Positions 27,411 through 36,322 of a DNA stretch of 64,000 nt are shown in pieces; within the stretch, counting starts at the first letter, position 1; each line of letters starts with the position of its first letter. This DNA comes from Dehalococcoidia bacterium (GTDB taxonomy: Bacteria; Chloroflexota; Dehalococcoidia; Plut-88900). Where the stretch lies: NCBI GenBank assembly GCA_965207225.1, contig CBDBLV010000004.1:608001-672000 (forward strand), given 5' to 3'. Both the position numbers and the translations under genes were made by a program. The notes below the pieces were generated by a model, which ran no database searches, was not told where the DNA came from, and worked only from the letters and a program-made list of their open reading frames with translations.

Positions 27411-27463
27411 TGAATAACAGTTCGAAACTGAGGACAGTTTAGCACGATTGTAATAGGGGTCAA
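27411..27463 (-). promoter_or_regulatory. Extended -10 promoter facing the structured element, with a LexA-like box just downstream
   Basis: TTGACC-N16-TAAACT with a TG extension; CGAAC-TGTT-ATTCA at 27411-27424 is one mismatch from the GAAC-N4-GTTC core. Confidence 0.5.
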
Positions 27464-27529
27464 GGGGTTTTGGCGTGGTTTTTGGGGGACATAGGCGGCG
27501 GGTCGGCCAGTGTGGGTCGCCCCACCCCA

Positions 27530-27605
27530 GGGCGACCCGCCGGTCGCCCCTACGGGGGAGACGAGCGCGGGTGGCGTCCAGTGTGCCCACTAGGGGCACC
27601 CCTAC
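27530..27605 (-). repeat. Two GTAG-family REP sequences
   Basis: Minus strand GTAG-GGGCGACC-GGCG-GGTCGCCC and GTAG-GGGTGCCC-CTAGT-GGGCAC. Confidence 0.65.
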
Positions 27606-27805
27606 GAGGGATGGGTGTCCCCCCGATTTCACACAGGCAGGCCAGGGTCGGGAATGGCGGATAGGGGGCAGGAGGCGCATGGCAAGGGGCGGGGTTGGTT
27701 TGGGGCGGGGCGCTACGGATTCCTCGCAGGGCCTCGGAATGGGACACGAGAGGGCGCCGGGATGGGACAGGTTGGGTGGACAGAGTGGAGTAGAATCGGG
27801 GTGTT

Positions 27806-28870
27806 ATGAATAGCAAAGTAGAGATTTTGACGGCTGGAAGCTGGAACACGCGAAGAGTGGCGGACCATGCCAAACTCGTGGAGGAAGGAGGCTGGCACGG
27901 TATTGGGATTTTCGATTCCCAGAACCTGGGAGGGGATACCTACGTTTCAATGACACTGGCGGCCGCGGCGACTGAGCGGATAGAGCTTAGCACGGATGTT
28001 ACCAACCCCCTGTCCCGACACCCGGCGGTAACGGCGGGCGCCATTGCGAGCGTACAGGAGATATCGGGGGGCAGGGCGGTGCTGGGCATCGGGCGAGGGG
28101 ACTCGGCGCTGGCGTATGTAGGGCATGCGCCCGTCTATGCAAACTTCTTTGAGAATTACCTGAAGGCGCTGCAGTCGTACCTAAGTGGAGGTAGCGTAGC
28201 TTTCGATGAACTGACCCACTGGCGAGGCATGGCGCCCCATGTAGACACTCTGAAGCTGGCGGACACCCCGGATGACAGCCGACTCGTGTGGCTTGACCCC
28301 AACGACAAGAAGGTTCCCGTGGCCGTCGCAGCGAGCGGGCCAAGGGTGATCGGCGCGGCGGCGAGGCACGCCGACATTATCATGTTTGCCTTGGGCGCAG
28401 ACATGGGAAGGCTCAAGTGGGGATTGGAGCAAGCCCGGGCGGCGCGTCGGGAGGCGGGCCTGGACCCGGACGGAATCCGATACGGAGCGTATCTCAACAT
28501 TGTTTGCCATCCCCAGATGGAGGTGGCCCGGGAGCTGATCACCTTCCTGGATACCTTCGTGCGGTTCTCAGTGATGCACGGAAAGACGTACGGGCCCGTT
28601 ACCCGGCAAGAGCAAGAAGTGCTGTCGGGCGTCCACAAGGCCTTCAATATGCGGGACCACAGCGACTCAGGGGTCCCGCCGGCGGAGTTCGTAGACAAAT
28701 TCGCTATTGTCGGGCCACCGGAAACTTGCATCAGACGAATCCAGGATGTCATCAGCCTGGGGATAGACAGGATCGTAGTGCTGGGGCCTACGGTGGATGA
28801 GAACACCGGAGACAAGAAACTGGCTGCAGACCTGATCGTCAGCGAAGTGCTGCCGGCTTTTTCGGGATAG
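27806..28870 (+). CDS. LLM-class F420-dependent oxidoreductase (Mer-like), tandem copy 1
   Basis: DSQ, VTNP.SRHP, SGGRAVLGIGRGDSA, AASGPR. Confidence 0.88.
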   Translation: MNSKVEILTAGSWNTRRVADHAKLVEEGGWHGIGIFDSQNLGGDTYVSMTLAAAATERIELSTDVTNPLSRHPAVTAGAIASVQEISGGRAVLGIGRGDSALAYVGHAPVYANFFENYLKALQSYLSGGSVAFDELTHWRGMAPHVDTLKLADTPDDSRLVWLDPNDKKVPVAVAASGPRVIGAAARHADIIMFALGADMGRLKWGLEQARAARREAGLDPDGIRYGAYLNIVCHPQMEVARELITFLDTFVRFSVMHGKTYGPVTRQEQEVLSGVHKAFNMRDHSDSGVPPAEFVDKFAIVGPPETCIRRIQDVISLGIDRIVVLGPTVDENTGDKKLAADLIVSEVLPAFSG

Positions 28871-29071
28871 GTAGTCGTACCGGACTTTTGACTGAGTGCC
28901 GGGCCCAGGAAAGTGCTGAACAAAACATTGTTCTCAACCAAAGGCAGTCCACGCTGTTCAACCGCCCATATTCAGGTGTTGGCTCGGGCCCCGGGCCTAC
29001 GAAAAAGAAGGCACCGCGTCGATGGTTGGACTCCGGATCAGGTCAGTGTTGTGGGCTAGAATCGGGGTGAA

Positions 29072-30136
29072 ATGAGCAGCAAAGTGGAATTGCTAGCGCC
29101 CGTCGAACCAAGCATCCGGTGGGTTGCAGAGTACGCAAAAAGGGTAGAGGACGCGGGCTGGGACGGAGTCTCCATCTACGACTCCCAGAACATGACCGCC
29201 GACACCTTTGTGGCGATGACTCTGGCGGCGATGGCGACGGAGCGAATCGAAATCAGTACGGATGTAACCAACCCTCTAACGCGGCACCCTGTAGTTGCCG
29301 CGGGCGCGATTGCGAGCTTGCAGCAAGTGTCGGGTGGGAGGGCGGTGCTTGGGATTGGGAGGGGAGACTCGGCGCTGGCACACGTCGGGCATGCGCCGGT
29401 ATATACGAGTTTCTTCGAGAACTACCTGAAAGCGCTGCAAGCATACCTGAGTGGGGGATGCGTGGCATTCGACGAGCTAACGTTCGGCCGGTGGATGGCG
29501 CCCCACGTGGATACTCTGAAACTGGCAGAAGCGCCACGGGACAGCCGGCTGACATGGCTCGATCTCGGCGACAAGAAGGCGCCTGTGGCTGTTGCGGCCT
29601 CGGGGCCACGGGTGATTGGGGCGGCGGCGCGACAAGCCGACATAGTGATGCTTGCCCTGGGGGCGGATATCGACAGGTTGAAGTGGGGCCTGGAACAAGC
29701 GCGGAAGGCCAGAAGCGACGCGGGGCTGGACCCCGATGGGGTGAGATTCGGGGCTTACGTGAACGTCGTCTGCCATCCGGATGTGCAGGCCGCCCGAGAA
29801 ATTATCTTCTTCCTGGACGGTTTTATGCGGTTCTCCGTTATGCATGGCAAGACGTATGGACCAATGAGACAGGATGACCGGGAGGTGCTTTCGAAGATAC
29901 CGACGGTATATAACGTGAGCAAACACGCCATGACAGGGTCCCTTCCGGCGGAGTTTGTGGACCGGTACGCGATAGTCGGGCGTCCGGAGGAGTGCATAAG
30001 GCGGCTTCGACAGATCATTGACCTGGGGATAGACCGGATTCTTGTGTTCGGCCCTACGGTGGATGAAGTTGAGGGAGATAGAAAGGTGGCGGCAGACCTG
30101 ATGGTGAAGAAAGTGCTCCCGGCTTTTGGGAAATAG
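29072..30136 (+). CDS. LLM-class F420-dependent oxidoreductase, tandem copy 2
   Basis: Same motifs; highly similar to copy 1. Confidence 0.88.
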   Translation: MSSKVELLAPVEPSIRWVAEYAKRVEDAGWDGVSIYDSQNMTADTFVAMTLAAMATERIEISTDVTNPLTRHPVVAAGAIASLQQVSGGRAVLGIGRGDSALAHVGHAPVYTSFFENYLKALQAYLSGGCVAFDELTFGRWMAPHVDTLKLAEAPRDSRLTWLDLGDKKAPVAVAASGPRVIGAAARQADIVMLALGADIDRLKWGLEQARKARSDAGLDPDGVRFGAYVNVVCHPDVQAAREIIFFLDGFMRFSVMHGKTYGPMRQDDREVLSKIPTVYNVSKHAMTGSLPAEFVDRYAIVGRPEECIRRLRQIIDLGIDRILVFGPTVDEVEGDRKVAADLMVKKVLPAFGK

Positions 30137-30237
30137 TTTGCTGGTGGAGGCTTCGCAACCACCCCTCCAGTAAGAGTGCCTACGAGAGTGCGAACGAGGG
30201 GATAGGGTGGGTATCATGGGGTACAATCCAGGGTGAT

Positions 30238-31305
30238 ATGAGCGACAAGATTGAACTTTGGACGATCGCGCTTCCGGATGTGCGCCTGATAATGGAACAT
30301 GCCCGGAAGGCAGAGGAGGCGGGGTGGGACGGCTTATCCATCGCCGATGTTCAAAGCGCCTCCGGTGACATGTACGTGGCGATGACGCTCGCGGCGATGG
30401 CGACGGAGCGGATCCTGATTGGCTCGGACGTTACGAACCCACTAACCCGGCACCCGGTGATCACGGCCGGGGCAATCGCCAGCGTGCAGCAAGTGTCGGG
30501 TGGGCGGGCGGTGCTGGGTATCGGGAGGGGAGACTCGGCGCTGGCGCACGTGGGGCGCGCGCCAGTCTACACGAAGATCTTCGAGAGCTACCTCAAGGCT
30601 TTACAGGCTTACCTGAGGGGCGACGGCGTACCTTTCGAAGAGCTCACCTTTGGCCGGGGGATGGCGCCGCACGTGGATACGCTGGAACTGGCAGAGGCTC
30701 CGGATGACAGCCGACTCACCTGGCTCGAACCCGAGGACAAGAAAGTGCCCGTAGCGGTTTCGGCCTCCGGGCCGAAGGTAATAGCAGCGGCGGCGCGACA
30801 TTCAGACGTAGTGATGTTCGCAGTGGGCGCCGACCTCGGGAGACTGGAGTGGGGAATGGAGCAGGTGCGAAAGGCGCGAGAGGAGTCGGGGCTGGAACCC
30901 GACGGAATCCGCTACGGTGTCTATCTCAGTGTGGCCTGCCATCCCGACATCGAAGCGGCCAGGAACCTCGTGCCCGAGCTGGCAGCGACGGCCCGCTTTT
31001 CAAACATGCACGGGAGGGCAAACGGGCCTGTGGCAGAGCAGGACCAAGAAGTGCTTACAAGGGTGCACCAGAGCTACGATGTACGCAACCACGGCGCGTC
31101 GCTCAAGCTGCCTGCGGAGTTCGTGGACCGGTATGCGATAGTCGGGGCTCCGGAGGAGTGTATAAGGCGGATTCGCCAAGTTGTTGATATGGGTTTTGAG
31201 AGGATAGTGGTGTTTGGTCCGACGGTGGATGCAGTCGACGGGGACAAGAAGCTGGCGGCAAACCTGATGGTGAAAGAGGTGCTGCCGGCTTTTGCGGGGT
31301 CATAG
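30238..31305 (+). CDS. LLM-class F420-dependent oxidoreductase, tandem copy 3
   Basis: Same motifs; DVQ replaces DSQ. Confidence 0.88.
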   Translation: MSDKIELWTIALPDVRLIMEHARKAEEAGWDGLSIADVQSASGDMYVAMTLAAMATERILIGSDVTNPLTRHPVITAGAIASVQQVSGGRAVLGIGRGDSALAHVGRAPVYTKIFESYLKALQAYLRGDGVPFEELTFGRGMAPHVDTLELAEAPDDSRLTWLEPEDKKVPVAVSASGPKVIAAAARHSDVVMFAVGADLGRLEWGMEQVRKAREESGLEPDGIRYGVYLSVACHPDIEAARNLVPELAATARFSNMHGRANGPVAEQDQEVLTRVHQSYDVRNHGASLKLPAEFVDRYAIVGAPEECIRRIRQVVDMGFERIVVFGPTVDAVDGDKKLAANLMVKEVLPAFAGS

Positions 31306-31321
31306 CCATGCCCGCGAAGGT

Positions 31322-32200
31322 ATGAAAGGCGTCTCCAGATACCGCATCCAGCATATCTCGCGCTACCGGTACTCGGCGCCGGTGCATAGCTCTGCGATGA
31401 CGCTGTGCTTCAAGCCTCGGGATGACGGCGGGCAGTCGGTCGTGGAATTCGATATCGAAACAGAGCCTGAGATTGGGCTTACACAGGAAACGGACTACTT
31501 CGGCAATACCAAGCACTACCTGATACTGCACAAGCCACACGAGTCGCTGGAAATAGTGTCTACGGCGACGGTTGATATGGCTGATCGGGAGTCGTTCCCC
31601 GATTCGGTGGGTGAGGAGACTTGGGAGGCGCTGCGGGGGTGGAGGAACTCGGTGGAGCACTGGGTGTACACGCACGAGAGCTCAATGGCACGACCATCCC
31701 CCCAGCTGGAAGCTTTCATATCGGGGCGGGGGTTGGAGGAGCCGAGCGGAGACCCATTAAATGCCTTGCAACGGCTGTCCAGCACGCTGCATGAGAGTTT
31801 CGAATATTTGCCGGGCAGCACCTCGGCGATATCACCGATCGAGGAGATCCTCCAGACGGGGAAGGGTGTGTGCCAGGACTATGCCCACGTGATGATAACC
31901 GTGGCTCGGGGGTGGGGGGTGCCGACGCGCTACGTTTCGGGGTACCTGTACGTTGAGGACGATGCGGGGAATCCCATACCTTCGGCTGCGGGACATGCGT
32001 GGGTGGAGTGCCTGGTCCCGGGGCTCGGGTGGGTGGGCCTCGATCCGACAAACAACTGGATTGTGGGAGAGAGGCACGTACGGGTAGCGGTGGGTCGAGA
32101 CTACCGGGACGTATCGCCGACTCGGGGGGTTATGCTGGGGGCTGGGGAGACGAGGCTGGAGGTGGAAGTGCGAATGGAGTCCCTCGTCCCTACCAGCTAG
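31322..32200 (+). CDS. Bacterial transglutaminase-like protein
   Basis: YRIQH.S.Y.Y, DYFGN, GVCQDYAH, RYVSGYL, HAWVE, DPTN, VGRDY.DVSP.RG. Confidence 0.9.
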   Translation: MKGVSRYRIQHISRYRYSAPVHSSAMTLCFKPRDDGGQSVVEFDIETEPEIGLTQETDYFGNTKHYLILHKPHESLEIVSTATVDMADRESFPDSVGEETWEALRGWRNSVEHWVYTHESSMARPSPQLEAFISGRGLEEPSGDPLNALQRLSSTLHESFEYLPGSTSAISPIEEILQTGKGVCQDYAHVMITVARGWGVPTRYVSGYLYVEDDAGNPIPSAAGHAWVECLVPGLGWVGLDPTNNWIVGERHVRVAVGRDYRDVSPTRGVMLGAGETRLEVEVRMESLVPTS

Positions 32201-32238
32201 TTCATCGCTCCCTAGAGGCTCTCAGTAAAGTCAGGGAG

Positions 32239-33720
32239 TTATCGCGCTCCGTAGACGAGGTTGGGAAGCCACAGGGCGATCTGGGGGAAGGCGAGGACCA
32301 ACCCCGCGGTGACGGCCATACAGATCATGAAGGGAAGAACGCCTATCCATACATCCTTGATGGTCCTCTGAGGCATGGGACTGTCTGTGCGTTCGGCCTG
32401 TTCACGGTCGATATCTCGGCGGACGCCGTGGAGCACGTAGAGATTTATGCCCTCCGGAGGGCTGATGAGTGCGGCCTCGACCAGGATCACCATGATGACG
32501 CCAAACCATACGAGGTCGACTCCGGCGGCATTAAGGGCAGGCAGGAGAATGGGAACGGTCGTGACCATCATGGCGAAGCTCTCCATGAAGGTGCCCAATA
32601 TTAGATAGAAGATGACCAGGGCCAGGACCAGTTGCCAATCGTTGAGCTGCAGGTCTGAAATCACTTCGGCGATTTGCTGGGAGATGCCGAGTCGGGCAAA
32701 GGCGAAGCTGAGAGTGAGGGCGGCGAGCAGTATCAGGAAGATCATTCCCGTGGTGCGTACGGCAGAGAGCAGGGAGTCGCGCACCATGCGGAAGTTGCTT
32801 TCCATGACGGCGGAGACCATTGGCCGGTCGGATGGGGGGTCTTCCGCGGAGTCGATGGGGGCTAGGCCACTCAATCCGGCGGTATTGAGGAGGCGTCGGG
32901 CGGAGGGGACGATGATATCGGCGGAATTGAAGAGGATGGCAAGGAGGAATGCGCCGGTAACGCCGAAGGCCGCGGCTTCTCCTGGGCTGGCGAGGCCCAG
33001 GTAGATAGCGCCGAGAACGAGGAAGACTAGGGCCAGCATAGGAAGAAGCTGGAAGATGCCGAGCAGTCTCATGCGCCAGCCCTGCCAGGAGGCTAACCCG
33101 TAGCCCTGTTCCCTCGGGGCCATGCCACGCCAGACGAGAGCCACAATCGCGATCATCACCATGAACGAAAGGGCGAGTAGAAGGCCGGGGATGAATCCGG
33201 CCATGAAGAGTCGGCCGACGGACTCCTCCACGAGAACCCCGTACAAGATTAGGGTGATGCTGGGAGGTATGAGGATGCCCAGGGTCCCGCCCGCGGCCAG
33301 TGAGCCTATGACCATCCTTTCGGAGTAACCCCGCTGTCGGAAGGAGGGGAGGGAGACGCGGCTGATGGTGGCCGAGGTCGCGACACTGGATCCGGAGCAG
33401 GCGGCAAACAGGGCGGAAGAAACGATATTGGTGTGAACAAGCCCACCGGGCAGGAACCAGACCCAGCGGGAGATTACGGCATACATGCGCTCGCCGATGC
33501 CCGAGCGGTTTATGAGTTCGCCCATGAGGAGGAACAGTGGGATGGCAACCAGGATGAATCCGGTGTTAACGTCGAAGGCCTTGCTGGACACGATGTTCCA
33601 GAGAGCGGGCTTGCCGAAGAAGAAGAGCATGACGAGGGAAAGGCAGCCCAGGGCCCCGGCCACGTACATGCCGGCCATGAAGAAGGCCCCCATCAAGCCG
33701 AATGCTACGCCGATTGCCAC
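32239..33720 (-). CDS. dctM: TRAP transporter large permease
   Basis: AIPLF.LMG, SGSSVAT, GGTLGILIPPS, SPP.G.NL.V. Confidence 0.9.
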   Translation of the reverse strand: MAIGVAFGLMGAFFMAGMYVAGALGCLSLVMLFFFGKPALWNIVSSKAFDVNTGFILVAIPLFLLMGELINRSGIGERMYAVISRWVWFLPGGLVHTNIVSSALFAACSGSSVATSATISRVSLPSFRQRGYSERMVIGSLAAGGTLGILIPPSITLILYGVLVEESVGRLFMAGFIPGLLLALSFMVMIAIVALVWRGMAPREQGYGLASWQGWRMRLLGIFQLLPMLALVFLVLGAIYLGLASPGEAAAFGVTGAFLLAILFNSADIIVPSARRLLNTAGLSGLAPIDSAEDPPSDRPMVSAVMESNFRMVRDSLLSAVRTTGMIFLILLAALTLSFAFARLGISQQIAEVISDLQLNDWQLVLALVIFYLILGTFMESFAMMVTTVPILLPALNAAGVDLVWFGVIMVILVEAALISPPEGINLYVLHGVRRDIDREQAERTDSPMPQRTIKDVWIGVLPFMICMAVTAGLVLAFPQIALWLPNLVYGAR

Positions 33721-33723
33721 AGG

Positions 33724-34365
33724 TCAATCTCTCCTTCGATTCGCCGGTACAGATTCGCTATCCAGGTGTTCTCGGGAGATGTCGGCGCCGCCCATGAGCT
33801 TGTGGATGGTCGGGAGGGACTTCTCGGCGAGGATGGAGAGGAGCATTTGAAGGCAGGCCGCCAACAGAAGGGTGTAACCGACGGCTATGAAGGCCTTGGG
33901 GAAGAAGAGGGGGGTGCGGGGATAGTCGTTGCTGTACTGATTCAGCTGGTATGAAGTGATAACGTCTCCCCACATCTTCCAGGTGACGATGTAGGCAAGA
34001 AAAGCCAGTCCCATAACGGCGACGAAGTCTGCAATTGCCCGGACCCTGGGGCCCATGAGAGGAAGCAGGACGTCGATGCGGACATTGGCGTCGGAGCGGA
34101 GGGTGTAGGCGAGCCCCCAGGTGGCCGCCATCCCGAGGACGTAGCCGCTCATCACGTCGGTCCCGGGGGCGCGGGGCCAGTCGAGGTTTCGGGCAGCAAC
34201 CTGGTAGGTTATGAAGAAGCCGAGGAGGAGGAGTTCTAGGCCGCAGAGGTAGCCAAGATATTTGTAGAGAACGTCAGCCTTGCCGCTGAGTGCCCGGACG
34301 GCTAGCAATAGAAACAGAGCGGGGGTCCTGCGGCCCGAGTAGGTCGTTGGGCTGATGGTGCTCAT
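33724..34365 (-). CDS. dctQ: TRAP transporter small permease
   Basis: Four hydrophobic segments, LAYTL...NVRIDVL; lies between dctP and dctM. Confidence 0.85.
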   Translation of the reverse strand: MSTISPTTYSGRRTPALFLLLAVRALSGKADVLYKYLGYLCGLELLLLGFFITYQVAARNLDWPRAPGTDVMSGYVLGMAATWGLAYTLRSDANVRIDVLLPLMGPRVRAIADFVAVMGLAFLAYIVTWKMWGDVITSYQLNQYSNDYPRTPLFFPKAFIAVGYTLLLAACLQMLLSILAEKSLPTIHKLMGGADISREHLDSESVPANRRRD

Positions 34366-34452
34366 GCAGTGCTCGGCGGGTCAGGGGTAGGAAGATTGTA
34401 GGGAGGGGCGGGAACGTACGCAATGCGGGGACCGGTTACGGGAAAAACGGAA

Positions 34453-34488
34453 GAAGGCTATCGGCAGAGCGTTCTGCCGACAGCCTTC
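34453..34488 (-). terminator. Hairpin after dctP
   Basis: GAAGGCTATCGGCAGA-GCGT-TCTGCCGACAGCCTTC, followed on the minus strand by TTCCGTTTTT. Confidence 0.6.
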
Positions 34489-34512
34489 CAATCGATCAGT
34501 CTAAGGTTTTAG

Positions 34513-36084
34513 CTACCTTGCTCGGGAGCCCTTGGTGATGGGAACCTCGGTTATTGAGCCATCCTCGTTGAAGGAGTAGCCGACGTAAGGGCTTATGACA
34601 TCGTTAAAGGTGGCTACTACATCGGCGTTTCTGTCGGGGTAGCCGAGCCTCTTTATCCAGCCGGGAAGGATGTGCCCGGGTAAAACGACGTTGTCGATGT
34701 GGTCCAGGATTTCCTGGGAGAAGGGTACGGGGGTCATGCCGAGAGCCAGGTTGGCCTGCATTGCATACAAGTTATCGAAGGGGGCGAGGCGCAGGGCTTC
34801 CAGTTCAGCCTTGGCCCCTTCTTCAATGATGATCTGCTGAATGTCCTCAGGAATGTCGTTCCAGATGTCCTTGTTTATGACGTTGTTGGTGTAGCCGAAG
34901 GCGATGATAGGGCCGGCCAGGTAGTCGGTGACCTCATAAATCCTGTCGGAAAGGGATAGAAGGATGCCGAGGGTGGTGGCATCAACCTGGCCAATCTCGA
35001 TGGCGGTATAAGACTGACCAGGGCCGAGGAAGACGGGTTCTGCGCCCAGGCCGGTTATGAAGTCGGACATTGATGCGCTGTGGGAACGGATTTTGATGCC
35101 CCCAAAGTCGGCTACGGACAACAGGGGCTTGTTCCCGTAGAACCATTGGTCCGAGCCGGCGAACCAGTTGCGGTTGATTACGGGGCTGCCACCACTGGAT
35201 TCCAATATGATCCTGTCTACGTCCGGCGCGAGCTCCGTGAGTATGGAGTAAGTGGTCTCCCAGTCCTGAGAAGTACCCCATAGGGACTGGACTTCCAGGG
35301 CGGGAACGGCGCCTGCAACGTAACCTGTGTAGATGTTGGCCATGTCCAGGGTGCCGTCGCCCACCTGCTGCAGGGTCTCGGGGCCGGCGAGCCCGAGCTC
35401 AGGGAAGGATGTAACCGTCAGTTGGACCTGGCCATTGGTCCGCTGAGCCAGGTTCGGGGCCAAGTATGCCTGAACGATAACGCAAGTAGCCAAGGTCCTG
35501 GTTATGCAGGCGTGCTGTATTTCTATGCTCTCGCCCGAAGAGGTGAGAGGTGTAGGGTTGGTGAGTCTGGCTTTTTCAATGAGACCCTGGTAGTAGTCGC
35601 TGGTGTAAATGAACATGTGGCTGGAGATGCCCATGGAGGGAAGCCCGACAATGGATGCCGTCAATGCCTGGAGGTACTGGGCCTCGGTGGCCTGGAACAT
35701 CAGCCCGGGATGGGGAGGGGGACCGACCAGCTGCGTGGGGTCACCGACAAATATAGCGCCAGGGCCTCCGGCGTGCTCGGCAGCGTAGGCCGCCAGGGCG
35801 TCCTCGGGTGAAGGGGCGGGAGGCTCAGGGGTGTCGGCGGGCGCAGGGACCGGGGTGTCTTCCGGCTCGGGAGCAGGGGTATCAGCAGGAGCGGGAACAG
35901 GGGTGTCGGCGGGATCGGGGACAGCCGTATCGGCAGGAGCGGGGGCCGGCGCGGTCGGGGTGGGCTGGGGAGGGGTGGTTGCGTCGGCTTCGGGTTCTTC
36001 ATCTCCGCCACAAGCCGCGAGAAGCAGAGCGAGCAAGGTGGCAGCTGCAACTACGGCGAGGGCTTTAGAGATACGGCGTTTCAT
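34513..36084 (-). CDS. dctP: TRAP substrate-binding lipoprotein with Pro/Ala/Thr-rich linker
   Basis: Lipobox LAAC, PAPADTP repeats, RTNGQV, GIKIR, GLGAEPV, NKD.WN.IP.D.Q. Confidence 0.85.
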   Translation of the reverse strand: MKRRISKALAVVAAATLLALLLAACGGDEEPEADATTPPQPTPTAPAPAPADTAVPDPADTPVPAPADTPAPEPEDTPVPAPADTPEPPAPSPEDALAAYAAEHAGGPGAIFVGDPTQLVGPPPHPGLMFQATEAQYLQALTASIVGLPSMGISSHMFIYTSDYYQGLIEKARLTNPTPLTSSGESIEIQHACITRTLATCVIVQAYLAPNLAQRTNGQVQLTVTSFPELGLAGPETLQQVGDGTLDMANIYTGYVAGAVPALEVQSLWGTSQDWETTYSILTELAPDVDRIILESSGGSPVINRNWFAGSDQWFYGNKPLLSVADFGGIKIRSHSASMSDFITGLGAEPVFLGPGQSYTAIEIGQVDATTLGILLSLSDRIYEVTDYLAGPIIAFGYTNNVINKDIWNDIPEDIQQIIIEEGAKAELEALRLAPFDNLYAMQANLALGMTPVPFSQEILDHIDNVVLPGHILPGWIKRLGYPDRNADVVATFNDVISPYVGYSFNEDGSITEVPITKGSRAR

Positions 36085-36128
36085 CGGGTAGCTCCTCTAT
36101 GGGCCGGGAAATGTGGCGGTCGCGGGTC

Positions 36129-36157
36129 ATTGTAGGCTGATGGTTTCAAAGGGTCAA
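36129..36157 (-). promoter_or_regulatory. sigma70 promoter of the TRAP operon
   Basis: TTGACC-N17-TACAAT. Confidence 0.65.
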
Positions 36158-36322
36158 CAATTCTCAGCAGAGCACTACCATTACCCCAAGGTTGAAACAC
36201 AACTGACCGGACCCGGCAATCGATACGCCATCCAGCCTATCGCAGCGGAAAGGGTAAATATCGACCGGGTCTCCACGTTAAGGGAGCCTGTATATCGGGC
36301 CCTTTAACCGTGCGGTTCGGGA

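Noticed and set aside
26585-27873. ORFs of 64-204 aa predicted on both strands of this intergenic region
   Set aside because: Low-complexity Pro/Arg/Gly translations with no recognisable motifs; they overlap repeats and hairpins.
36208-36272. Riboswitch upstream of dctP (GACCCGG..TCGAT/ATCGA.CCGGGTC stem)
   Set aside because: It lies upstream of the clear dctP promoter at 36129-36157, so it is more likely a 3' UTR structure of the ABC SBP gene.
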